Source: Lama guanicoe | Lineage: Eukaryota | Assembly (NCBI GenBank): GCA_013239625.1 | Contig: MU057346.1 | Span: 6,720,431-6,784,430, forward strand | Reading direction: 5' to 3' | DNA length: 64,000 nt | Part shown: positions 25,456-37,240 of the stretch, one piece after another | How positions within the stretch are numbered: position 1 is the stretch's first letter | Layout: each line of letters opens with the position of its first letter | Program-made: the position numbers and the translations under genes | Notes under the pieces: model-generated | Database searches by the model: none | Seen by the model: only the letters and a program-made list of their open reading frames with translations | What the model was told of the DNA's origin: nothing

Positions 25456-25617
25456 TCGAGAGTCTCTTCTGTGAGTGGGGAAACAAAATCCCCAGGCATG
25501 GTTTTACTGTGCTTTCTGCCTTTGTTTGGGCAGCCAAAGGGGCTCTGCGTGTTAGTTTTTATATGCTGGGTTGTTTGATTAATTTATGTTACAGATGTCT
25601 CTAAAAGGGGATGTTGT

Positions 25618-25748
25618 GAGGAGGGTATAGCTCAGTGGTAGAGTGCGTGCTTAGCATGCATGATGAGGTCCTGGGTTCAATCCCTCGGACCTCCACTAAC
25701 AAAAACAAAAACAAAAACAAAAACAAAGTTTTAAACTTTAAAAAAAAA
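25618..25748 (+). mobile_element. Camelid tRNA-derived SINE (Vic-1-like)
   Basis: A-box TAGCTCAGTGG, B-box GGTTCAATCCC, (CAAAAA)n/A tail; weak TSD aaaaggggatgt / aaaaggtatgt. Confidence 0.85.
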
Positions 25749-26202
25749 GGTATGTGCAGCATACTCACAGTACAGGCAGAGAAGCACTGAAGAATCATTC
25801 ATGTGAGACAAGGCAAAGCCAAACCAAAAAGGTCTCGGTCTTGCATCCTAAGAAATGCACTGGCTGACTTAAAACTGAGCTCCACGCCTCCCAGCATCTT
25901 ACTCGGGCCTCATGTTTACTGTGCTGCGAACCAGAGCACCTTTTCCGAAAAAGGAGGCAGACTTCTTCAGGGGCCTAAATTCTACAAAGAGTCTGTGATG
26001 GGTCATCACAGAACCCAGTGAACATAATTTTTGAGTAATTTTAACAGTTAAAAGATAGTGAAATGAAGCAAGTCTTAAATGGCTCTTTCTTGGGACAACT
26101 CTTGATGAAGGTCAAAGATAGTGACTTTTAAACTTTTTTGATAGAACCCCTACAGTCAAAAATGGATTTTCCACCACAGTCCAGTACCCTCAACACCCAC
26201 GT

Positions 26203-26230
26203 GCACATACACACACACACACACACGCAC
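26203..26230. repeat. Imperfect (CA)n microsatellite
   Basis: gcacatacacacacacacacacacgcac. Confidence 0.85.
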
Positions 26231-26624
26231 GAAATGAATTTTATAAGTAATACTGACTGTCTTTACTATAGGTGTTGCTTGCTTTCTAATTTCTCCTCTG
26301 CTTGCTTCTGTTACTTGAAGTGCTGGCTGTGACCTATAAATTGATTTCATAATCTGGAAATGAATTGTGACACTCGGTTTTAAAAACACTGATCCAAGGT
26401 GTTAGGTAAGAAAATATTTCTGTGAAAGTACCTAAGTGGAGAGACAGGGATGAGTGGGGCTAGGTGTCTGGGGTTTTGGAAGGAATTAAATCTTTTATTA
26501 GCATTCATTTCTCATCTTTCTGTCTCCTCCCAGGCATGGTGGCTTCTGCATGGCCCAGAGTCCCACCAAAGGGAGGCTGTGGGCGCTTTGATTGCTTTTA
26601 ATCTCAGCCTCTCTCAGGAAGTAC

Positions 26625-26735
26625 TTCAACAAAGAATCAGCTGGGATCTTAGTGGGCCCGGGTGGGGCCTGAGATTCAGCTCTAACCGGCCCCCAGGTGC
26701 TGAGGCTGCTGGGCCCCAGACCATACTCTTTAGAG
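26625..26735. mobile_element. MER5A fragment
   Basis: ggggtggggcctgagattc...tctaac...ccaggtgctgaggctgctgggccccagaccatact. Confidence 0.7.
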
Positions 26736-27330
26736 TGAGGAGAGGTAAACACAAAGATGGCACCTGTGTTTCCAGTCGGACACCTCAGCCCCATCCACTG
26801 ACACCCCTTTGTCTTCCAAGGCCATCCTGTCTCTCGCCACTCACTTTTAGAGAATGATTATGCCATTTATTTGCTTTTGCTGAATTTTTTTTTAAATCGC
26901 TTGGATGAAGTTGAAAATGAAAAAAGAATGTACTTGAAAAGCTCTCAGAACTGACAGTAAAACTGATGAGACAGATCCTTAGAGAGGCTGCGAAGCCGAG
27001 GAGCTCCAGGCTTTGGTAGCAGCTACTGGTGTTGCTCCCTTCAGATGAATGAACCCACACCAAGGGCCCCTTGACAGAGACACTTGAATTCCAGAGAGGG
27101 TCCAAATGGCCTAGCTTGGGTAACAGGTCCACCCCTTAGTCCTCCGCTAGGACAGGGCATCTTGGCTGACAGACCCACCAACAGGGCAATTATGCTTTAG
27201 CCACCATCCAAAGGGCCATGTGTGGTTGACCATCTAAATGGCAGTGAGAGGGGAAGAAGTGCTCTTTGCTGAGTTCCAACTCTGTGTCAAGCACATGACA
27301 GATAGTATTAACTTAATGCTCATCTTAAGC

Positions 27331-27575
27331 CAATGGTTATCAACTAGGAATGATTTTGCCTTCCAAGAGATGGTTGGCCATGTCTGGAGACAATTTTTGG
27401 TCATTGCAACTGGGTTGGGAGTGCTACTGGCCTCTGGTGGGTAGAGACCAGAGAGATTGCACTTCCTTTCAGATCTCATATGGTCCTGCTAAATGTTCTA
27501 CTGTGCACAGGACAGCCCCCTCAGCAGAGAAGTTATCCAGTCCAAAATGTCACTAGTGCCAAGTGGAGAAATCTG
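27331..27575. mobile_element. MER20, full length, nested in a MIR
   Basis: caatggttatcaac...atgtctggagacaatttttggtcattgcaactggg...tgcacaggacagcccc...gagaaatctg; MIR-like sequence on both flanks. Confidence 0.85.
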
Positions 27576-30204
27576 CAGTAACTCTGAAAGATATTAGTGG
27601 TTTCCTCTTGTCTTCGTTTCATGAATGACAGAAAGTTAGGTCCTTGTCACAAGGGCAGACCTCAGTTAGGTAACTCGCAAGTTGCAGAACTAGAACTTGG
27701 ACCAGGAGGGGGGTGGTTCCAGGACACGCCACCTTCTTTGCTGTACCTTTGAAAAATAGCCTCATGCATGTAAAAGGGTGGAGGGGAGGAGAGGCACTCA
27801 GACAGAAGTTCTGTAAACCTCGTAACAATGCGCAAGCCCCGCTTTTGCTAATCAGACATGTTCTATCCCATCTGGAGCCATTCCAACCTAGCAGGTTTTC
27901 ATTTAACGGTAACGTGTGGAAAGGCTTCGTGTCTGAGGTTACCTGGTGCAGCTGTCTTCACGCTGGCACAGTGAGAAGTTACCAAGTGATTAATAGCCGT
28001 GGTGTTTCCCGAAACATCCAGGTGGAAGGCACAACCAGCTTCCTCTCTTTTAATATTCAGTCGTATAAATTGAATATAACAGGGTAACTGCAGGCACCCC
28101 TGGAGACCTGGGAGTGAGCTTTAGACTCATGTGACCTCCTCCAAGTATAATTTCCCCAGACCACATGGTGGGTAATGGGCCTCCATCCCTCGGATTTATC
28201 CACAGGGAAGAGGGCATTAAGTCTGTACGGTTGTGCTATAATCAGATATGCAGGGAGACAGAACTGGAGGAACCTTTTCCCCATGCTGTCTCTCCTGAAG
28301 TGCTTGTCAATAAAAGCAGACTTGGGGCAGACATTTTGTTTGAAAAGAGGAAATGTCACTTCCTTTCGAATCTCGTATGGTTCAGGTGAAGAGCCTGGAG
28401 TTTTTCTAATTATGCTGTGAGCCACTGGGAAGTATGAACACGTTTTGCACATTAAAAGACCTGGATTTTCTTGAACACCCAGGGGAAATGTTCTCGCTGT
28501 AGTGCCCCACCTTCACCTTAGGAAGAACCATCCGAATTGAAAAAGAAATCTGCAGCAGGAGAGAAAGTATAAAGAAAACTGAAAAAAAAAATCATAACTT
28601 TCAAGTAAAAGGGTTTCCTAAAAAATTCATGAGATGGGGCATAATAAACAGCCTGGAATAACATGAAACCAAAATATCAACAGGTTTTCTTCTGCAGATG
28701 TTTCTAATGTATTTGGGGTGGTTTTTGATGGTCAGTATTTTCTATTTCGAGCAGTTTTGCCCATCATTTTTATGTTGCCCACTGGAACTACTGATTGATA
28801 ACGGTTTTTGCCAATTAGTCTAAATTCATTAGACCTGAATGTGATTGTATTTCAGACCAACCAGCTAAATTGATATTATGTTGTTTTTCCTAAGAGTAAT
28901 TGAGTGACTCATAGGAAATAGGGACATATTCTTTTAAATTTGATATTCGTAGTTCTTGATATAGTCTGGTATTTAGTAACATTTTGCTAAGTAAATGAAT
29001 ACACTACAGAAATAGATATAAATAAGTAAGGTGGGGAAAGATGGATGGGCTGTGTGTGATTACATGAGAAACACAGGAGTCATGGCTCCTAAAGAAACTT
29101 GGATTTCACTCCAGTGGAGTCGATGATATGGGTGTTTCCATGAAGTCTGGGAAATAATTACAGAAATCAAACATTCCACCTTTTTGCACACAACATCCTG
29201 TCTCTTGGTTTTCCTCTTTCTCCCCAAATGCTTGGAGCATTTCCTGTGATCAATGAGTGTGCAACAGCAACCTTTCATTTTCAGGAGTTCAGGCCGTAAG
29301 TGACTGCCTTGTACTGCGTGCACATCTGCCTTTTCAGAAGCATCCCTTTCCTCCTGGTTCTTCCCCTTTGAGATACACAGAGATCTTCCAGCCATTCTAC
29401 ATGACAGATCCCAGGTGTCTGGGGCAGATTCTTTGACCATCCTTCAAATGAAGGGTCTTGACTGTTCCCTCACCACTTTCCACTAGATGGTTAATGTCAG
29501 ACAACAGCTCTTTAAAATAAGATCTCCAGGATGTGGTTTGCCCGTAACATCGGCTATTATTAAAATTCATTAATGGCAGCTACATAGACTGATTATAATG
29601 GCTGTTTCAGTGTGTTCATCACCTTCCAGAGATTGGCTTCTGCTGGCCTGGTCTCGCCTCTTGAAGCTCCTGGGAACATCTGAAAGAATGGAAACGTAGT
29701 CCTTGTCCTTTACTAAGCCTCTTGACTCAAGACAAAGATGCCTAAATAAGGAGAAAGGGTAGAACACGCGTTAAGCCAGTAACTCCCATGGGGATGTTCA
29801 AGGCACCAGCACCACAGACATCACACACAGCAGGTGTCTCCCACCTGACTCATGGTGGTGGGTGAGGTGCATGTGCTCCTTGAGCCCTCTCTCTGCCCAC
29901 CTCTAAGTGCTTCTAGCTTTCACTCATTATTCCTGGTCACAAGTGGAGGTGTCTTCTCGTGACCTGCTCTGTGACTCACAGGCATCTCCACCTCTCTGCT
30001 GAGTTTCAGCCGATTTCTCTTCTCCAGTCATGTTCTGATTGCAGCTGCCGGTGGTTGTGTTGCCTCCAATCGCTTGTCTGATTAAACATCTTTATTTGCC
30101 AGTACTTCCAGCCTCACTTTCCTCCTCAGCAGCAGGGATCTGGGGGGAAGGAGCTCGTGAAACCCAAAAGTGCAGCAAGGACCTACATTGTTTGTGGAAA
30201 CAGA

Positions 30205-30680
30205 AAGCCGTTGGAAACCAGTAACAGAAAATCCCAACCCAAACTGTTGTAAACAATGAGGAAAACGTATCATTTCACAAAACATAGCCTGGAGCAAAGC
30301 TCCAGGAATGGTTAATTCAGCGCCTCACCAGCATCAAGATTGGGTTTCTCCTCTCTCTGCTTTGTCACCCTTAGCCTGATGCATTATCATCAGGCTAACT
30401 CTCCACGTGTGCAGGACAGCTGCACAGCCACAGATGTTGCAGGTGGGCATGTCAACTTAAGGTGAAGGAAGAGAGCACATCTTCCTTGGCATCTGATGTC
30501 ATCATTTTCCTGGAAGCCCCCGTCCCCATCATATGTACCCTCATGCCTCATTGGCCAAACCAATCACTAGCAAGGGAAATGGAAACATCCCTTTGTTTGG
30601 GTGGAGATACCTTCCTTGACCACATGGCTGTTTGGGAAATGGTGTAGCCCAAATATAACTGGTTATTCTACCAAAAAGGA
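30205..30680 (-). mobile_element. Old MLT1 (J/K/L-type) LTR
   Basis: agtaacagaaaatcccaacccaaactg...aaacaat...ggttaattcagcgcctca...tcattggcca. Confidence 0.65.
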
Positions 30681-30879
30681 AGGATTTCAAAGAAGTAGTG
30701 AAAATTGCCTGCCATGTTTACATCACCTCACCTTCCTTCCTTCACTCATGTGTTTGCCTAACCATCAATGTACTTTCTATTCTCGGCATTATATGAGACA
30801 TCGAAAATGGAATCATAAATAAGATATGATCCTGGTTCATGAAAAGGAGGCCTGATAAAATGGTGGCTAGTTGCCCAGT

Positions 30880-31050
30880 GTTTGGAATGCCACCGCTCTG
30901 ATTTTGATTGTGGCCCACCTCAGTCAACTCCAGCTGTGTAACCTGGAGCAAGTTACTTCACCTCTCAGAGCCTTGACTGATTCATCCAATACATGATGAT
31001 GACAATATCTCCTTTCCAGGGCAATTATACAGATTAAAAGTTTATAGGTA
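30880..31050 (+). mobile_element. MIR SINE
   Basis: agctgtgtaacctggagcaagttacttcacctctcagagcct. Confidence 0.7.
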
Positions 31051-31571
31051 GATGGCTAGAGATAGGTAGACATACACACATACATATTCACATGTGTTCA
31101 CAGTGAGAGGACCAGAGTAAACCCTTGATGATGGTAATTGACTTGATAATAATAAAAAACAGTCAAAATAACCGCATCGCTGTTTGACCTAAGTACAGTG
31201 ATATATATATTTGTATACGTGCACACCTATATACACATATGTATGTATCCATATCCCTATCATACGTAACCTTTGCAATATGTAGAAAGAAAGTCAGGAA
31301 ATTCCATGGGAACACAAACTAGAGACCAACTGGATGGAAACCGTCTATGCCCGAGCCGTGTGCAGCTGATGTGTCTGGCGCATCTTGGTTCTGTTCATAG
31401 CGATGCCGCCGCCAGTTGGCTCAGTAACACCAGGGCAGGCGCCACAGCTGTTCCTCCAGTTCCCACATTTTTTCCAAACTAATAGGACACACAATCTGTC
31501 AGATACTTTTTTTCTGATTTGTGAATTCATTTATGTGATATGAATTACAAAAACATTCCATATTGAGTTTG

Positions 31572-31748
31572 AGTATATATAAATTATATTTATATCTAAG
31601 CTATATATATATATATATATATATAAACTATATATCTAGATCTATAAGCCTATATATATAAATATGGAAACTATATTTATCTAGATATATGGAAACTATA
31701 TAGATCTATAGATCTAGGTATATATGTAGACCTATAGGTATATCATAT
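31572..31748. repeat. (TA)n / AT-rich low-complexity array
   Basis: pure TA run near 31603-31625 plus repeated atatggaaactatat and tagatcta units. Confidence 0.9.
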
Positions 31749-33214
31749 TTTTTGGAGACATTAATGACATGAAATGAAATACAGATTTCAATGTGTACAT
31801 GTGGCATCCTGGTCTCAATAATTTTCCTAGTATAGGCATTCCTCCTACGCTAAAAATTTATCAGAATTTGAATTGAACACAACGTGACTGAGTAATTAAG
31901 GACTGTGAGTTCTATTCCATGATCCACTAGTGGGTAGACAGTGGAAACCGGGCACCAGTTCACAGGAAATGAGTGGTGAGAACACAGCAGAGAGGCCCCG
32001 AGCTGCTCCCTGTCCCATACATTCTCGGGTTTTGCCAATCATTCTTTGCTTCTCCATTGTTGGAGGTGAACTTGGCCGCAGCTGAACTGCAAGGCCAAAG
32101 CAGGAAGCTGGGAAGGTCGTCAGAGAAGCTCTTTGGTTTGTTTTGTTCCAGTCTGACCAGCCAGCTTCCTCAGCTTTAGCTTTCAGTAGTCAAATACATT
32201 TTATCTGTAAAGATGTCTTTATTTTTAATGTTTTAAACAGGAAAACAATAACTTAGTGAGTCCAGAACTCTCTAGCATCTCCTTTTCTGTTAGAAAAGCA
32301 GTTCCTTTTCTATGACAATTTTAGAAAACATGAGACTTCTTAGAAACTCAACTCTTGTATTTGTAGCATAACATAATATTTACATCATTGCAGAGAACTC
32401 ACAGGGTGGCATGCCCCTGTGTCACAGTCCGCCTTCCCAGGACTCCTGAGAACATCTGAAGTGCCGGGAAAATCCTGTCACCTCAGATTTGTATTATGAA
32501 ATTTCATTAAAATGTGATGTAACATTATTTCTGTAAGCATAGTAAACAGAGTCCTTTAGGTCCTACATATTGATTATCTAAATCATGCCAGGTCATCTTT
32601 TTGGACCTGGGGATGGAAGATATAAAGATGCAGTCTGGTGAGAGAATAAAATTCCTAAACAGTTATTAGAATAGTATGGAAAGTGCATGGGAACTCAGAG
32701 GAGGGATCCATAGCCCACCAAGAATTCTGGGGTCACCCCAGTCCAGGAGGCCTGCAGAGAAAGTATGAAAGTGTGCACCCCTGGTGATTCTGTCTGCATC
32801 AGGCTACCCAATCCACAGATCTCTGCAGTTGGTATTGACCTGGTTCCAACTGTAAAATAGTTAATTGTGTCTGCGACAGAAAGATTCTTACAACTCGGTG
32901 GTCTTATCAGTCAAGGTTGCTGCCTTTAGTTAATCCACCACCACATGTATAGTGTGGATAACTGGATTTTCTTCACAACACACCATGCCTCTGCATCTCT
33001 CCATCTTCTGTGGCTCCACTGGTGAAGGGGTGTGGAAGGGAGTGTTTTTATTAACCTATCTCTCTTATCTGTCCTTTTATTCTTGTCCCAAAGAACCACT
33101 TTCTCAGACATTGAATCTTTCCAGCCCGCCTCAGTCATGCTAAATCCCTCCTCCATGGTCTGGCCCCATGGTCAGAGCAGTGTGAGACTGCCCCAGAAAA
33201 TTCTGAACGGACAC

Positions 33215-33440
33215 TTGACAGAGTGAACGCTGTATGTCTTAAGAACATGGGATCTGGAATAAGTTTTGGATCTGAGTCCAGCTCTGTAAATTTACTAGCT
33301 GTGATGTTGGAAAAATCCCCTGATTTCTCCACACTTAAATCTCCTCATGTCTTGGGTAAGTTTGATGATGATAACACACATGCCCTAGGGATGTTGTAAA
33401 GAATAAATGTAATAATATACGGTGTGTAAAAAGCACTTTG
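33215..33440 (+). mobile_element. MIR SINE
   Basis: tttactagctgtgatgttggaaaa...atgttgtaaagaataaatgtaataatat...aaagcactt. Confidence 0.7.
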
Positions 33441-35839
33441 TTAAAGAAAAAAGGGTAACGCTGACCGCAGTGGGTGGTAGTCATGGGTTAGGTCATATTA
33501 CTTCATACACTGCTCATCCCTACCCAGGACCCTGAGTACAGTTCCCATGACCTCATCTTTGACCTGTGTCCACCTGCCTTCCAAACGTGCTCTTCACCGT
33601 GCAGCCACAGATAACACAGCAGCTCAGCCTCCAGAGAATTTGGCCGCTGGAGAACAACTCCATCCCTCTGTGCTTCGGGGATGGTCTGATCTGGTTTGTC
33701 TGCCCTATTTCTCTAAACTTCTATAAAGTATTTCCATGCTAACAAAATTGACTGAGGCTAGATTTGCTAAGTCCTTTGAAACGGTTCTATTATTTCAAGT
33801 GCAAGAAAAGAATGGAGTACACCTCCTGAGAAATATATCTTCTGCAACATTTTCATTAATCTCTTTATTAAACTAAACTGGTTTCTCTTTGGAAATTAAT
33901 TACTGAAGTAGTATTGAGAATTTTAATTTTCACAATATACCAGCAAGAAATACTGCTGTTTCTTTATACACTATTACACAGCAGGGCAATAATCTATTGA
34001 AATAAGCCCGAAAAGGGGGCAGCTTGTAATTAAAACAGTATAACACGAGTATTTAATGACTCTCTTAGTGCTAAGATGGCCCTGTCATGCTGTGTTTGGG
34101 TGGAATAAAATGTGTATTTAGGAAACAGCTCTATATGGAAAAGTCGACAAGCGCAGGTTTTACAGTTTGGGATGTGGCTGTGTTTCACTGAGGAAAGACA
34201 CCCACAAGGAAATATGGCTTGTTTTGGGCATCTGAGAATTACAGCCACCGCTGTACAATGGGAAGCTTCCCTTATTAAGCCACCCGCATTGTGACGTTTA
34301 AAATATTTATATCATGAAGTAGAAAGCATGAATTATAGATGTTGGTATCCATGGAAAAATGTGAGTGTGGGAATCCTTGGACTTACACACAACAGACACG
34401 TGTAGATGTGACTCCCTGTGAGAAGACAGGTCCCGCCTGTACGCGTGAAGACGTTCGTCTATGCAGATTTCACACTTCATCATTCTCCTTCAAGTTTAAA
34501 GGAGGCTTCATATTTTTCAAGACACGTTCCTATCTATCATCTCTTATCCTCCCCAGCACGTTTTCTCATGGTAAGAATTATTTACACATCATTTACATTT
34601 ATAGATCTGCTGCTCTTCCTCGTGCCAAAGACATTTTGTGCAGATTCTGTTTCTTCTCTTCCCCCACTCCCTCCTTTTCCTCCCTTTCTTTTGTAAGAGC
34701 AGTAACATGATTACATTTCCCCTTTCTCTGTTCCTTCCTCCACATTTCCACTACCTGGGGAATCACTCTCTATAAATTTTCTGCAAACAAAAACTCTATT
34801 CAGAGGCAGCTCCAGACCCAGCTCCAGAACATTTTTTAAATAAGCAAAGGAGAATTCCTGAAATTGGCAGCAGAATAAGACAAGGAAGCTGGTACTTTTC
34901 AGGAACTCAGGGTGGTCCATTCACCCCAAATCAGCTCAGGGAACTGGAGACCCTAACACAAGACATTTAATGCCACGTATTTCATCTGCTCTGGTGAGCA
35001 CCGGCAGGCTGGCCATAATGTTTCCCCAATTTCAGGTGCTCACTTCCCAAATTCATGATTTTTGCTCCATTTGGGTACCAGCTTTACCTAATCCTAATTC
35101 TATAATATCTGTATAAACATAGATTTTGTGTAATACTTATTGTTGATGTGTCGCACATAAGCAGTACAATTCCAGATTTCATCCTTGTACCATCTAAAAT
35201 AGTCTTGCGTACTACTGAGAAAAAGTGTTTTATTATTCACAAACATCTACTTGTTTCCCTATGGCCCGAGTGTTTACTGACTCGTTTTAGAATTCTGCCA
35301 GGAATCAGTGTGAAGTCACAGACCCATCCTTTCTCTGTTCTGTTTCTGTCTGAAAATCAGGCCAACAAGCAACACAGAGAACCTCCAGAGGGCTCTGAAA
35401 TGAGATGGAAGAGGTAGGCCCGCCTCTTTGCTAACCAGGAAACTGAAGCGTAAAGACATGACAATGAACCTAAGCTCAAGTATTTGAAAACACTCCTTGA
35501 ACCAGGAGACTCTTGCATTATCAAAGAGTTCATTGTTTACCTAAGAGGGGTGGGGAATTCAGGCTCTTGGCCTATCAGATTAAAATAGGAGTTGATGGTT
35601 AGAGAAATTGATTGTTTGTAGGAAGCAATCAACTTGGGTTGAGCAAATAGGATTGAATAGAGCCTTGTGTGCCCTGGACAGGCAAATAATTTGGTGTCAT
35701 TTCACACTGATATCCTGTAGTGGTGTTGCGTATTTATTAGGAAGGAGAGGATGAGCCCTGTGTGCGAAGAAGGAAGGGGACCCTTTTGTGGAGTCCTCCC
35801 CCTTCCTTTCTCACCTTAGCAATTCAACTCCAGCCTTGA

Positions 35840-35965
35840 ATTTCAAACATTTCTTCCACAGAGATCTACCCTGTGCTTGCAATGACCAGGCCCTGCTCAG
35901 GGTGCTGGGATTACTGTCATGGACAGCGCCAGGCCCCTGCCCTCAGTGAGGGTACATTCTGTCCC
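35840..35965 (-). mobile_element. L2 3' end
   Basis: caaacattt...ccaggccctgctcagggtgctggga...cccctgccctcagtgagggtacattct. Confidence 0.6.
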
Positions 35966-36931
35966 GCTTAACAAATAAAATCCTCCAGGTGCTGCTTCTT
36001 GGAAGGCAGTTTGTTGATTGTTACCACTGATCCACGTTCCTTTGAGGGCTTAGGTCCCATCCCCAGGAGTTTTTCAAAGAAAACGTAGTACATCCAAATC
36101 ACGTGCTCTGAAACTCTAGGAGTAAAAATGTTGTTCATCTCATGAATAAAGTGATATTTTTATAAATGATATTTTAGTCAATCTTATAGGTGAGTTTTCA
36201 AGGCAGCTTCCAAACTGGGCTGCTCCTTATTCTGGTTTTAAGGCCACTAGCAACGTTCTTGAATGGAATTTAGACAGCATCTCTGCCCCCCCGGGAGGTA
36301 AAAGTGACCAAAATTATGTCTGCTGTTTGAGCCCCGATCCAGGATAATGATTTTCTATTTAAAGAGGTGGTACTTGGAAGTAATAGTTAAGAAAAGAAGG
36401 ACATATGACATACCCAAGACCATAAAATGCTGAAAATCATAATATTGCCGGTTTCTCAATAAAAATAAAATAACTCATGGTTCTTGAGTGGACTGCAGCC
36501 CTTATGAGCCAGCCTTATTTATAGAACCCCCTTCTTTCACCTTCCCCTGCAAATCTTTTGACTGGAATTGTTGACTTAGGATAATTAGAGGAAAATTCCA
36601 AAATAAATCCTGTATGAATATTGACTACAAATCAATTCCAATAAAAATGCTTCTGTCCAATCACCTGTGCCACTGCCACTGGGAGGTGAATAATTTATAC
36701 TCAAACCTCTTTAGCTGAATTAATCTCTTCAGACCTAAATGATCCCTATGAAGATTGTTGTCACTGCAAATTATTTTTGATCTGATGTAGCTGACATGTC
36801 ATGACGGTAATAAAAAACGTTTGGGCTCTGCCTCAGCCTTTACAAAGTGCTTTCCCATCTGTTATCTCTCTTAATTTTCGTAACAATTTCTAGGTAGTTA
36901 ATTCATTTACCCAATAGCCGAGTGTTTCTTG

Positions 36932-37240
36932 CTTCATTCATTCAACAAACATTTATGAAGCCCCCCTCCGTGGCAGGCACAGTCCTCACCACTGGGGATC
37001 AGGGCACATAAGACAAGGTCCCCAGTCATGCAGGAACTATATGCTAGTGAAGGAGGCAGATGATAAGTGTAAAAATTACACAGATGTCTGACCCAGCACT
37101 GGGGAGTGGTGAGGACTGAGAGGCTAAGGGACAGAGATTGATGAGGAACACTGGTCCCTCTGCCGAGGTAACGGGGGTAGTCCTGAGTGACTTGAAGGTG
37201 TGAGGGACAGTATTTCAGGCAAAGAGAATATCCCGCTCCA
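36932..37240 (-). mobile_element. L2 3' end
   Basis: ttcattcattcaacaaacatttatgaagc...ggcaggcacagtcct...agacaaggtcccc. Confidence 0.8.

Noticed and set aside
25618-25697. tRNA genes (also at 54897 and 60347)
   Set aside because: A and B boxes are present, but there are three diverged copies with A-rich tails and TSDs. They are tRNA-derived SINEs, not tRNA genes.
29480-29493. CTCF-like motif CCACTAGATGGTTA (also CCAGTAGAGGACA near 4171)
   Set aside because: Partial matches of this quality are expected by chance in 64 kb.
29805-29825. RE1-like CAGCACCACAGACATC
   Set aside because: Mismatches at key positions of the GGACAG half-site.
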